From the NCBI GenBank assembly GCA_043228905.1, contig JBHGNT010000001.1, positions 24,180,001 through 24,244,000 on the forward strand: DNA of 64,000 bases, given 5' to 3'. Positions 36,681 through 50,243 of this stretch are shown piece after piece (within the stretch, counting starts at the first letter, position 1; the number at the start of each line of letters is the position of its first letter). The position numbers and the translations under genes are program-made. Below the pieces are notes generated by a model that saw nothing but the letters and a program-made list of their open reading frames with translations, had not been told where the DNA came from and ran no database searches. Origin of the DNA: Azolla caroliniana (Eukaryota > Plantae > Polypodiophyta).

Positions 36681-37212
36681 TGAAAAGTTTAGTGGTTAGA
36701 GCTATTCACAAGGCTACAACAGGTGTCGAATTTGATTCTCTAACAATGCGATGCAAATCGGGGATTATTTATTCTTTTTTCCTTTTCGAAGGAAGAAAGG
36801 GAATCGGCGCATTTAATGCCGAAATTAGGTGTCTCTTTTTCTCTATAAAAAGAGGAGAAGAGTGCTTAGTTCATGTCGCCTATTTCCCGGTTTGGGGCGT
36901 ACCACTAGAGTTTCTTTACTTCCTCTTCTTCTTTTCTAGAAGGTTGCCTATTTTATTGTTTAAAGTGTTCCATTTGGGTTTGGGGGTACACTCATTTTGC
37001 ATTTTGAGAGTGCCCCATAAGGGTTTGTTCTTTTCTTTGAACTTTAAGTCTTGGGAGGTTTTTCTCCGATTCTTTTTATTCTTTGAATTTTCGGTTTCTT
37101 CTTCTCCTCCTCCTCAATGTACTTGAGGACTTAGGGGTTTATTTTTTGTCTTCTTCGCAAGGAGTCCTCTTAGTTCTTCTCCCTTTAGGTTTTCTGATCT
37201 GTATTCTTCTTT
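36681..37212 (+). repeat. LTR-like fragment
   Basis: Starts with TG, TATAAAAA at ~36844, T-rich U5-like tail, abuts Copia gag. No partner LTR or TSD found. Confidence 0.4.
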
Positions 37213-39297
37213 AGCGGCTTCAAAATCGTGAGACTCCAGTATCAAGACAGCTCCAACATGGCGGAGCATATTAATGCCTTCCAAGGACTGATGAATCAAA
37301 CCACCCTCTAGAAGTACCTCTTGCCGACGAGGTATTAGCACTATTGTTGTTGGGATCCGTTCTGGATAGCTGGGGAACGCTAGTTGTCACATTGGGCAAC
37401 GCGGGACCTCAAGGGAAACACTTCTCCCTAGAGCAGGTGAAGTCGAGCTTATTGAATGAAGAAGCTCACCGGAAGGACCGAGAGTCCAATAACAACCCGA
37501 AGGCCCTTGTCACGGAAAGTGACACGAATCGAGGAAAAGGTCGAAATCGAAGTCCCCGGAATTGAGATAATTCGGGGACAAGGTCGAAGTCGAGGGGAAG
37601 GCCCATGTGCTTCTATTCCGGGAAGTCGGGGCACTTCCAGAAAAATTGTTGACACTTTCGAAAGGAGGAAGGGGGAGTTGATGGTGTAGAGCCGAAGAAA
37701 ATCCCAAACAGAAAGAACACCTCAGCAATCGCTGCGAGTGAAGAGGAGTTGTTGTTCATTAGTGAACAAAATGAGGTCAATCTCGTCGGCGAAGAATCGA
37801 CATGGGTGGTCGATTTGGGTGCATTGTTTCACCTAACCCCCGACCAAAAGTGCTACTCATCATACAAGGCCGAAGACCACAGTCTTGTAAAAATGGGGAA
37901 TGAAGGAGCATGTCGAATCGTCGGCATTGGAGATGTGTGTCTGATGACATTGACCAGGTGCAGACTAGTGTTGAGAGATGTTCAACACGTTCCGAAAGTT
38001 CGACTGAACTTGATATCATCCGGTCTGCTAGATGATGAAGGTTATATGGGTAGCATCCGGAACGATGTCATGAAGTTTTGCAAGGGAAGTCTGATCGTGG
38101 CTCGAGCTTGGAAAACTAGCACATTGTACATAATGAATGCTCGATTGTGCCAAGGGGAAGTAAACATGGTGAGATGTGGAACAAGAGGCTATGCCACATG
38201 AGACAGAAGGGAATGTAGATGTTAGTTGAAAAGGAACTCCTATCGGAAGTAAAGAAAGTGCATCTGGATAAATGAGTCAATTGCCTGGCCGGCAAGTAAA
38301 ATCGAGCCTCCTTCCGATAGAGGCCCTCGATGAGAAAGAAAATGCCGCTGGAACTCGTGCATACGGATGTATGCTACATGGATACAAAGTCGCATGCTAG
38401 TTCATAGTATTTCGTGACCTTCATAAATGACTCTAGCCTGAAGTTGTGGGCTTCCGTGTTGAAGACGAAGGATCAAGTGTTGTCCGTCTTCAAAGAGTTC
38501 CAAGCGAGGGCCGAGAGAGAAACCAGCCGAAAACTGAAGGCAGTCTGAATGGACAATGGCGGAGAGTACCGTGGACCATGCGAATAATATTGCCGAGTGT
38601 AGGGAATCCGGCTCGAGTATACTGTGCCAAAGATGCCAGAGCTTAACGGGCTAGCCGAGAGAATGAACTTGACCGTAATGGAGAGGATCTGAAGTATGCT
38701 TGCACATGCAAAGTTAACGAAGATGTTCTGGGTTGAGGTGTTGATGACGACAACGTATGTGATAAACGGATCACCCTCAGTACCCCTAGACGGTGATATT
38801 CCACAAAGGGTGTGGTGCGGCAAAGACGTCTCATACCGACATTTGAGGGTGTTCAGCTGTCTTGCCTATGTGCATGTTGCAAAAGACCAAAGGGGTAAGT
38901 TGGACCCAAAATCTCGGTCATGTATATTTCTTGGCTACGGCGACGACAAATTCAGCTATCGACTATGGGACTTAGCCGAGAAGAAGGTGATTAGGAGCCA
39001 AGACATTGTTTCATGGAAGAGAAGATGATTGTCGATTGGGAGATTGAGAATAAGTCTCCAACCACCGAATCGAGTCGAGTCGATGCTCCGGCGAATCGAG
39101 TAGAAGTCGATTCGATCGAAATCGAATACGAGCCAGTCGGACGATTTAATACTCGACAAAATCAAGAACCGATGGAAGAACGAGGGGAACTGGATGAACA
39201 AGGAATCGAATTTGACTCAGTAGAAGAAGTTGAAGAAGAACCGCCCGTGCCAAATGGAGGCCGAAGATACCCCCTAAGAGAGAGAAGGCCCCCCCGG
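37213..39297 (+). mobile_element. Degenerate Copia fragment (gag C-terminus, PR, INT)
   Basis: EEAHRK; CFYSGKSGHFQKNC; WVVDLGALFH; ELVHTDVC; LNGLAERMN; KLDPKSRSCIFLGYG. Confidence 0.88.
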
Positions 39298-39403
39298 TGT
39301 CAGAGATAGTACTAGAGACATGGAGAATTAGTACTAAAGATAGAGAGGAAGAATGAGGATTGGTACTAAGAAGGGAAAAGTGTGTAGAGACTCATGGGAG
39401 AAG

Positions 39404-39435
<32 letters not shown>

Positions 39436-40835
39436 ATGATGATAACAAGTGGTATGTTATATGAAGATGAGATACAAGAGTAGCTAGGAGGCTTAAGGCT
39501 GGCGTTGAACCGAATTGGTTCTGAATAATGCCATGTGCCTCTATTTATAGTACTCTCAGGAGTACTCCTAAAGTTTCTAAAATATTCCAGAGTAATTTGG
39601 AATATACAAGAATTTCCTATGGTGAAATAATAAATCAAATTAATATTTTTTGTATTACAATGCATGGGTTAATGGTAAGGGTTCAACCCATGTAACACAA
39701 GGTCATGGGTTTAAATCCTTTTGGAGCCATACCATGCCATATCATGACACTATCCCCCCCTTCAAACGACGAGTGTTATGAGTCGTCTTTGATTGAGGAC
39801 CTAGTTTGTCCAGATATTGATGATGGAAGTCTTCAAGAAGAGCTCGAGCATTTGCCAAATTTATCATTGGTTCCCAAAGTACGCTTGCTTGGACTATATC
39901 CTAGCCAATCGACCAAATAATAGAGCTTGTTGTGAACAATCTTGGAGTCGAGGATGGCGGCAACCTCGTACTCAGGTCCATCTTCAAGTTCGATCGGGGG
40001 TGGAGGTGGTGTAATATGATCTCAGATAGTGTTGTCGTGATAGGGTTCTAGGAGAGAACTATGAAATACCAGATGTATCTATAGTTGCGGAGGTAGATCA
40101 AGGCGAAAAGTAACACCATTAATTTTTTCGTAAATACGGAAAGGGCCTAACCGTTGATAATCTAGTTTGTCACACAATCGAGTATTCTTAATGTGCCTTC
40201 GTAATAGCCATACTCGATCTCCAATATTAAAAGATGATGGAAGCCGATGATGATCCACATAGTCCTTCTCTGTTTGTTGGGCGCAATGTAGGTGGGTAGA
40301 TATTTCTGCCTAAATTCGTCGTAACCGCTCCAAATGATCCTCTGCACTAGGATTTGTAGGTAACTCAGGAGTGTCTAACACACACCAATGAGGATGATAA
40401 CTGATATAAGCGTAGAATAGTGTAACCCTAGTAGAGGAGTGGATAGAATTATTATAAGCAAATTCAGCTAAGTGTAGAATATCTGCCCAATCATCTTGTT
40501 GATAGCTTAGGAAACACCGAAGATACTGTTCCAACGTTTGATTGGTGCGTTATGCTTGTCCATCTGTTTGGGGATGATAGCCGGAGGAGAGATTGTAGGT
40601 GACCTTGAGCATTTTAAAGAGACGCTTCCAAAATTTAGGAGACGAATTGCGGTCCACGATCACTGATGAAGGTTTCTTCACTAGTGATTTCTTTAGTACA
40701 GGGCACATAATGTGCCATCTTAGTATATCTATCTACCACTGTTAAGATTGTATTGAAGCCCCTTGAGTCCAGAAGATCTGTGATAAAATCGAGAGAAATA
40801 GATTGCCATGGTTTGCTTAGGATCGGTAATGGCTC

Positions 40836-43800
40836 TATGAAAGTTAGCGTGCGGAAGCATATGCCAAACCGGCTCTAACGGATAGTAACAATAAAGAGAA
40901 GAAGGTTTAATGGAAGCTTAACACAGAGAATAAGCATACACATGAGAGAGAGAGAGAGAGAGAGAGCAGAACATAAACACAACTCAATTCAAAATAATAC
41001 TCTCAATATTTTGTACATAGAATGTGCTCAGAGAGCACTTTTATACAAGTTCGGAAAGGACTAGCAAAAGTACTGATAGGTACTTCAATGCTCATATGAA
41101 GCGACTATCACTGACTCCCAAAAATATTCCTACGTACTAGGCTGGATCCGTAGGCCTCTAATGGCCTACCGGTTTCAATCCAATCCGAGTCTCCGATCCG
41201 GCTCCTGGTTCTCTGTTCACCGATCCAGATACCGATCCGGTTGAGCTTGCTCTCTCAACACTCCCCCTCAAGCTCAACTTGAGGTCAGATTGTGGTGTCA
41301 GTGTTTGCAGTAGCCGATCCTTTCCTCCGGCTCCTCCGGACTTCCTCCCGCCTTGCTTGCGCTCCTCGTCTGGTCCGATTCTGCTTCCCACGACCCGTCT
41401 AGTTCTACGCAGCTCGTCCTCCTTGGTCAGCTTGTCTGCTGAACAAGCCTATCTCAGCTCCTTCACTGATACGACTCCGACGGTTGTCGACCCATCGGTT
41501 CCTCCGTGTTGGTGTTGACTTCCGCTGCCTTCTCGTCCTCTTGGTCTTTAGTTGATCCGACTCTTCCGAATCCAACTGTTGAATTGAATCGGCTTCCTCC
41601 GATTCATCCTTGCTCTTGTCCGAGTTGGTAGTCTCCAACTCGTCTTCTGTTTTTAGGCCCTTCACCACATCGGACCACGTCCGGGTCTTGGTTTTCTTCC
41701 GGTCGGCTCTGTCCTTCTTGACTCTGTCGTCGCTGCCGCTTGCTCCGACTTGTTCGGATGTGCTAACTCCTTCGGTCGGCTTGTCTTCCCTTATCTGCTC
41801 ATCTCCCCCCTTGGTTCTTTCTTCCTCTCCGGCTCCTTGTCCGGTGCCATTCGTTCCTGTTCTTGTTCTCCCCCTCAAGTGCAGCGCATCGAGATGCTGA
41901 ATGCCGAGCATCTCCAAAAAATGCTGCAACTTGTTCGATTCGAGTGGCTTGGTGAACATGTCGGCAACCTGCCGATCCGTGTGTACATACCGAGGTTCAA
42001 CTTCACCGCTCAGGACCCACTCATGAACAAAGTGATAATGCACTTCTATGTGCTTTGTCCGAGCATGGAATACAAGGTTCTTGGCGAGCTGTATGTTGCC
42101 TACATTGTCACAATAAATCAGGATCAAGCTCAACACCTCGATCTGGAGGTCTCGCAGCAGTCGACGAAGCCGGATGGCTTCATAGGTGGCAATGGTAGCG
42201 CCCCGGTATTCAGCCTCAGTGCTCGATAGAGCCACTATTGGCTGCTTTTTGCTGCACCACGCAACAGCCGCACTACCAAGAGAAAACATGTAACCGGAGG
42301 TGCATCGGTGATCCAATGCATCACCAACCCAGTCGGCATCGGTATATCCGACTAGCTTCCCAGCTATACTGTGTCGGTATAACAGTCCCTGGTCTTTCGT
42401 GTCGCTAACATACCGAAGCATCCAGTGTGCGCACTTAAGGTGCTTGATAGTCGGCTTCTGCATGAACTGGCTGATCACTCCGACCGGGTAATTGATGTCG
42501 GGTCGAGTGATTGTCAAGTATATGAGGCTTCCGATAATTTTTTCGAAACCGTTTCTCGTTGCAGGTTGGGCCGGAGTTAGGACGTAGCTTCAGGTTCCGG
42601 TCCAAGGGTGTGGGATCAGTCGGCATTCCATCATGCCGAACTTGTACATCATATTTAGCACATAGTGTCTTTGTGAGAGCAATATGCCATCGGGTGTAAA
42701 TAATGAAGGTCCCCCAAGTCCTTCATTTCAAATGCATCCAACAACTGGGACTTCACTCTCCCAATTTCATCCAGTCTGGGTCTAGTGATGACTAAATCAT
42801 CAACATATAGCATGATACAAACCGGACCGTCCAGACCTTTCCAGATGAACAATGACGAGACGGACTTTGAGGCCGCAAACTCCATCTTACGCAACCTGTG
42901 TGTGATCTTCGCATTCCAAGCTTGGGGGACTTGCTTCAGACCGTAAAGAGACTTCTTGAGTCGGGATACTGTCGACTTGTTCATCTCTGATTGGAAACCG
43001 GGGGGTTGGATCATATAGACCCGTTCTTCAAGGTCACCTTGAAGAAACACATTCTTCACGTCCATTTGGTGAAGATGTCATCCCCTTGCCACAACAATAG
43101 CCAGTACCACACGAACCGTCGTCATCTTTGCTACCGGAGCAAAGGTCTTGTCGTAGTCGATTCCGTGGGTCTGTGTGTATCCCTTTGCCACTAACTGGGC
43201 CTTGTACCGGTTGACCGAACCGTCGACATTGTACTTCACCTTATATACCCATTTGCAACTGATCGGTTTACACTGTTGGGGAGGGTCAACCAGGTCCCAT
43301 GTGTCGTTCGCATCAAGTGCCCGCATTTCTTCCTCCATATCAACACGCCAATTTGCATCTTTTGCTACTTCTACGTAGCTCTTTGGCTCACGCACTTCCG
43401 CCACCTTAGTCATGTACACATAATGATGCGCCATGTACTCATTGTATCCGTACCTCATGACAGTTTTCTTTTGATGAGTTGATTGGCGTAACTTTTCGTT
43501 ACCCGGTTTGAGGCCCTTCTTGGCCGGTTCAGACTTCCTTTCTGAAGATCCGCCTTCTTCCTTTTTGGGGTCAGATTTGTTTCGATCTGACCCTCCACTA
43601 CCGGTATCATATTCTGGCATCTTCTTCTTCCCCTTCTCTTTGTGCGTGAACCATCTCCTCGGTTCGTTGCGCGGGGAGAGCACAACAAAGTCTCCACTAC
43701 TTGCCGGTTCTTCATCCGACTGGTCATCTCGACTCAGCCGCTCATTCGGCCCATTTAACCGAAATGAGATCGGACTCTCATCTAGAGTACCAAAGTCTTC

Positions 43801-46800
43801 ATCTTCTACCTGGACCTCTTCGGGCTCACTAGCCTCATCTTCAGGAATCGGGTCGGAGTCAGAAGTTGGAGTCGGTACAGAGTACCATGATGCCGATTCA
43901 TCAAACTCGACATCTCGGCTTACTCGGACCTATTTAGTATGGGGGTTATAACACTTATACCCCTTCTGCTCATGCGAGTAACCGACTAGGATGCACTTCT
44001 CTGACTGCGGATCCAACTTCCTCCGCTTATCATCCGGTACATGCACATATGCTATGCTACCAAAGATCTGAAGGTGCCTCAAATTCGGCTTCTGCCCGAA
44101 ATATAGCTCGTGTGTTGACACCTTGTCACCGATCCGTTTTTGGATGTAGACGGCCGTCCGTACTGCCTCAACCCAGTAGAATTTGGGCATGCTCTTCTCC
44201 TCTAGCATTGCCTTTGCCGCGTTGACAATTGACCGATTCTTTCTCTCAGCCACACCGTTTTGTTCTGGTGTGTATCGGCACCTGAATTCTCTCCGAATTC
44301 CGTTCTGCTGCAAATAATTGTTCAATTGGCCAGTATAGTATTCTTTTCTGCCATCGGATCGTAGGCACTTGATCTTCCTCTCTGTCTCCCTTTCGACTAA
44401 GCTTTGAAGGTTCTGGAAACAGTCGAAGACTTCGCTTTTCTTCTCGATGAGGTAGATCCACGTGTGCCAACTATAGTCGTCGATGAAGGAGACGAAATAT
44501 CAAATCCCGCCAAGACTAACATTGTGTGCTGGTCCCCATACATCCGAAAGGATTAGGTCGAGCTTGTTATGGCTCCAGTTTTGTTTGGTGGGGAATGGAA
44601 GCCGGTGTTGTTTCCCAAGTTGGTAGGCTTCACATATTTGGGTCTTCTAGCCACTAAACTCGGCAATCCGAACACAACCTGTTTCGATTGCAGATCTTGA
44701 AGCCTTCGATAGTTGACGTGGCCGATCTGCTTATGCCAGAGATCAATGTCTGATTCAATCTTCTATCCTTTGGCAAACATGGCGGTGCCGACATCATTAA
44801 TGTTGAGGATGAACATCCTCCCTTCTCTGCGCCCTTGCGCAATTATCTGGCCTTCTTCCTCGATGAAGCACTCGAGGTGTGTAAACCACACCTGCATTCC
44901 CTGGTCGACTATTTGTCCGACCGATACCAGGTTCTTTGAGATAGTTGGAACGTGTAATACGTTCATCAACTTTCCTTTTTGTCCGACATGGCTTAAAGGG
45001 ACTTCTCCGACATGCACAATTGGGTGAGGGGTGTCATCTCCGGTTTCAACAATCCCCGGATGTTCCAGTTTCTCTAAAAACGAGAACCATTCTTCATGGC
45101 TCGTCATATGGTTAGATGCTCTGGAATCAACATACCACACTTCCTCCGGTCCGGTGTCGTGAAGTAAGAAAGCATCACATTAAAAGTCTACAATAAGATA
45201 AATACGTAATGAAAATAAAATAAACCTTTATAATGTTAATAACATACTATGATAATATTATACATTATATGTCGAGACAAAAAAAAAAATATCTATTATA
45301 TTACATGGACAAGAAAGGACTTGAACTAATAAACCCTACCTTATGATACTCAAAGGTTACCATTTAGCCTATACTAATAATTTACAAAATAATATATGAT
45401 TTGAAGTAGTATTTTATAGTCTAAACCATATAATATAATACATGCACACCATATAGCAAATTACATGGGCAAAAGAGGACTTGAACCAACAACCTCATGG
45501 CATTCAAACCTTACCATTTAGCCTATACTTATAATGTGTATAAATATGTGTCTTGTTTTCATTTGAAGTAGTATTATATGGTTTAAACCATCAAACGTGC
45601 TACATGTGCACCATATAGCACACATTCAAGAGCCTCTCTGCATGTGCGCCACATGGCCCACATGTAGAACCATCTCTTCCCTATAAAAGGAGAAGGAAGT
45701 ATAGACAAAAGGACCCAAGAAATAAGATTGAGAGGATTATATTGGATCTAGAGAAAGATATATTATAATAGAGAAAGAGGGAGAGAAAGGTATCTTGTTA
45801 AGAGAAGAGAAGAGCTAGCTTGGTGGTTGTGGTCCTCAACTCGCAACGGAAGGGCGGTGGTTAGAGTCTTATACTTGTCGAGAGATTGAAGGGAAGACTA
45901 TGGTTTACTATTAAGAAAGAGGATGGTGGTTATCTTGCGAGACAAGAATTGAAGGTTCAACGACGCTTGCAACCATTTTGTAACTCTTTCATGAAAATGA
46001 TTATAAATTTCATATATTTTCTCAAATATTATTTTATATCTTATCTTGTCATATCTTATATTCCTTAAAAATCCTATCTTGTCATATCTTATTGATCTCT
46101 ATTCACTCCATCTCTACTCTTTCATCTCTTCCGTCCATAATCCCAACGATTCCTTCCTCACTTTCACGATATCTTTTATCTGCGCAATGCTACTCTTCTA
46201 GGCAAGCCATGTCACAACACCGGAAGTGGTCTTCTTCATCGAGTTGGCCTTGTGCTTCATCACAAAGGCTGACCCCTTTCCGGTTTTCTCGGTTCCGGAT
46301 CCTTCCGATCCTTCTGTGTAGTGTGAGCTTTGCCAGTTTCCTTGTCCGATCTTGCCGGATCCGGATTTATCCGAATCGGCGCGCTTCTTCTAGCACTCGC
46401 TTTCTTTGTGGTCTTTCTTGCCACAGTACCAGTATTCCATGTCGGCCTTTTCTTGCTAGTTTTCGGCACTGGCTTGACTCCCCCTGCTTGTGGAGGGTGC
46501 GGAACTACTGTCGGCACTGTCTCTGTGCCTTCTGTTCTGCTCTTACCGGCCACCTCCATTGCGTGCCAACCCACCTCGTCCTCCACGCCCATGGGGTTGA
46601 TCCGCTTCCGTGTACAACATCTGACTGTATGATTGAGTGGTCCTCGACTCACTCGCGTGGTTTTCTTCGACCATCAACATTGATTGTAAGTCGAAGAAGG
46701 ACGGTGGTTTCTCCCGTGTGCAAATTGCCATCCGGATTGGCCCGTACCGTTGTGTTAGACCACCGAGATAGATCTGGACCATCTCGTCTTCGTCCACCAT

Positions 46801-47415
46801 CACATTGATGGACCTGAGCGCGTCACAAATCTCTTTTATCTTAGTGGCGTAGTCCGTAACTAACATATCTCTTTGCTGGATGTTGTTCAGCACTTGCCGG
46901 AGCTGCAACTTACGGGCTCTAGTACTTGCAGCGAAAATCTTCCTTTGGCGTTTTTGCATCCTTGATGTAGCCGAGCATCTGATCGTGCACACCGGACGCG
47001 AGGTAGTGCAATACTCGGCTCGCTACTTGCTCCCATGCCGGGAAGTCTTTGTGTGCCGGCTCCGGTGCTACCTCGTTAGTTCCTTCCACATAGCTCCAAT
47101 ATCCCTGCCCCAACAGGTATTGGTGCATTTTATATGACCAAGATGCATAGTTGCTCTGGTCGAGCTTTTCTGTCGGAAGTGAACTTACCATTCCTTTATC
47201 CATCTTAGGTTCTCTTCTGTTCTTCAATGGGTGTTAGGGTTTGTCTTCACCAGTAGCTCGTCGGCTGTAGAGGTTCTCAACCCTCAACGCTCTGATACAA
47301 TGTGAAAGTTAGCGTGCGGAAGCGTATGCCAAACCGGCTCTACCTAATAGTAACAGTAAAGAGAAGAAGGTTTAATGGAAGCTTAACATATAGAATAAGC
47401 ATAAACAGGAGAGAC

Positions 47416-47477
<62 letters not shown>

Positions 47478-47798
47478 CAGAACATAAACACAACTCAATA
47501 CAAAATAATACTCTCAATATTCTGTACATAGAATGTGCTCAGAGAGCACTTTTATACAAGTCCATAAAGGACTGATAGAAGTACTGACATGTACTTCAAT
47601 GCTCATACGAGCAACTGTCATAGACTCCCAAAAATATGCCTACGTACTAGGCTGGATCCGTAGGCCTCTAACGGCCTACCAGTTTCAATCCAATCCGGGT
47701 CTCCGATCCGGCTCCTGGTTCCGGATATCATCCGGACATCGATCCGGTTCTCCGTTCCGGATACCGATCTGGATCCGGTTGAGCTTGCTTGCTAAACA
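40836..47798 (-). mobile_element. Full-length degenerate Ty1/Copia element with a C-terminally extended pol
   Basis: LTRs 40836-41260 and 47301-47798; TSD GGCTC; PBS TTGTATCAGAGC (47300-47289); PPT TTGAGGGGGAG; gag, WYVDS, INT, YVDD and RH fragments. Confidence 0.95.
45155..46219 (+). mobile_element. Solo LTR (1065 bp) inserted between Copia gag and PR
   Basis: TGTCGTGA...TCACAACA; 4-bp TSD CCGG; removing it restores KTTSGPEEVWYVDS; internal ~160-bp tandem duplication at 45301-45620. Confidence 0.9.
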
Positions 47799-49455
47799 GG
47801 CTCCAACAAACCATATGGATGATGTCGCGACATCTTCACCCTACAACATGTATCACATGTTTGAACATAGTGTTCGACAAATCTTCGCATATGAGGCCAC
47901 CAAAATGATTGTTGTACTAAATCCAATGTTTTAGTACTACCAAAATGCTCGACTGTGTATGTGTCATGACAGTTTTGTACTATTCAAAGGCGGCACGAAC
48001 CATTGAGAACATACAAAAGTTTCTTAAAGAAGAGTAATCCATTATGACATTCGAATGATTGATAATCTATACCTGGTTGTTGTGATCGTGAACAAGATGC
48101 CCGAGAAGGATCAATTTGATCTAGAATAGCTTGAGCGAAAACATCCGTCTTCAAATCTTCAAGTATGGTATCGATAATGCAGGAATCCAATGGAGTGTCA
48201 AAGACCCATGTTGCTTGAAGTCATGCCAGACCCAAGATTACTTGCTTTTTATTGTCGAAGATTGGATCACCAGGACGAGGGTCTAGATACGAGCCTCGTG
48301 ATAATTGTTAGGAATCGACCGGCCACAACCGGATTCACGTTCGTGTTCGTGTATAAAAGCCTAGAACTAGTACACATACAAGAAAAACGTGCAGACATAG
48401 AGACGCCGATATTTTACGTGGAAACCCCAAAATGGGAAAAACCATGGAGGTTCACAAACCCCAAGAAAAACATATCACTATAGTCGAGAGGAAGTACAAA
48501 TACGGAACTCAGAGGCAACGACCTCAAGTTCTCCTTCGTCTAACAAACGGTTGCAGAGTTACACTCTCACTCTCTCTCACACTTACAGTTACAGAGGCAA
48601 TTAACTCGTTCTCACTTTTCACTAATGATAAACTACTCTAGCTATAAGGTTTGCCCTAGTTGCTTATAAAACAAAGCAACTTTCTGGCTATTTACAAGTA
48701 TAGCCCCCAAGAGGCATTTTTGACTATTTACAATTATAGTCTTCCGAAACGATTTCGATTTCGGTTTCGGTTTCGGCCTCAGCCAAGATACTCACCAACA
48801 CGGTACTTCTCTTCCCATCCGGAGGGACATGTTTTCCAACAAAATCCCCCTTCACTCTGACATAGGGTACTTCACCAAACCGACTCTCTGTCGGCACACG
48901 CTTAGCTTTTCGGCTGACAGCACCTTCGTGAGCATATTATCCATTTTAGGCCGTGTGGATCTTCACTAGAGAAAATAATTTTCTTCTACCTGTTCTCAGA
49001 GCCAATGATATCTTCTCTGGATGTGTTTGGTTCTCAAGTGGTAGGTGGCATTTTTCGCAAGGTAGATGGCACTCTGGTTGTTGCAATAGAGTTGGATTCT
49101 GTTACCGATTAGGAACACGGTCTACGGTCAGTCCTTCGAACTAGACCTCCAAGTGACTGTGAAACACGGTGGCGTCTGTGCGTAATACGTAGGAGAATGT
49201 TCCTCGTAACCTAGCAGCGTATAAGGGAGACGACTACAACCAAACTCCTTAACAGTGGCTACACACTCACGTTGCTTACTTCTACACTCTCAGGTATTAC
49301 AGGCACACAGTAGATTAGCAGTAGCTATACATAAGTATCAAAGAAGATAGAATTCTATTATGATACGCTTCTTTACATTCCAAAATTACACGCTACCTCT
49401 ATCAGAGGTTTTCTGCCCTTTATATACGCAGGGTGGTCTTTTTAGCCGTTCACGC

Positions 49456-50243
49456 TGTCGTAGTGTATTTCGTACACTACGTGAAAAAGTAAAAAAATAA
49501 TATAAACGATTTAATTACATATAAATAAATAAAATAATATATCAAGATATTTATCACGTGCATAGGACAGGATTCGAACCTTGTACCTCCACATAGCCAA
49601 ACCTCAACTTTACCATTATACTACCTTATCTTTAGTGTTTTATAAATAGATTTAATAACTATAAGTCCTTTATTTGCGCCTACCTTTATTAAAAGGTAAA
49701 TCATGTATTTTTAGAGTGCGTGAATATTTTATAGAAAAACGCAAGCAACTAAAAAGTGACTCATGCACATCTAGCGTGCATGAGCACTATATTTAGCAAA
49801 TAAAAGCAAGGATTAGAAAAGCATCACATGCACATTTAGTGTGCATGAACATATTAGAAAAAGCATGTAGTTATGCTTAGTCTCTCCCATCACTACATAA
49901 GGATGGGGAGCACAATGTAATAGGTGTGTGAAATATTTGGAAATTGGATATATTTCCGAAAACACCAACCGATTAATATAATCGTGGGATTCACGAAAAT
50001 AATATAATCTATACTTGTGGGATTCACAAGTTTCTTATATCTTTCTTTCAATCTAAATACATATTCTTATCTAAATATTGATTAATCGAATACAATACAC
50101 TCGTGGGATTCACGAAATTTCTATCTCTCTTTGTAATAATCTATTCATTACTAGCCTTATTTGTATTTTTCTTTCTCCTAGTCCAAAACCCCGGTGGTTC
50201 CCACCCGACTCACGCAAACGATCCGGAGCCGAAAGGCACGACA
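49456..50243 (+). mobile_element. Solo LTR (788 bp)
   Basis: TGTCGT...ACGACA termini; 4-bp TSD ACGC (49452-49455 / 50244-50247). Confidence 0.85.

Larger units (their letters stand above)
39298..48305 (-). mobile_element. Chromovirus Gypsy 3' part (3' LTR 39298-39749, PPT, chromodomain, INT), split by the Copia at 40836-47798
   Basis: LTR TGTCATGA...CTGACA; PPT GAAGGGGGGGATAG at 39750-39763; EYEVAAILDSKIVHNKLYYLVDWLGY; [19 protein letters not shown]; continues at 47804-48305. Confidence 0.88.

Noticed and set aside
46092-46808. 238-aa plus-strand ORF
   Set aside because: Antisense to Copia gag and crosses a solo-LTR boundary.
48964-48978. CACTAGAGAAAA resembling a CACTA transposon terminus
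   Set aside because: It is the reverse complement of Copia RNase H codons (LVKIH), and no partner TIR was found.
49560-49625. Functional tRNA gene
   Set aside because: A and B boxes are present but there is no consistent cloverleaf or anticodon arm; treated as an LTR-embedded tRNA-like cassette.
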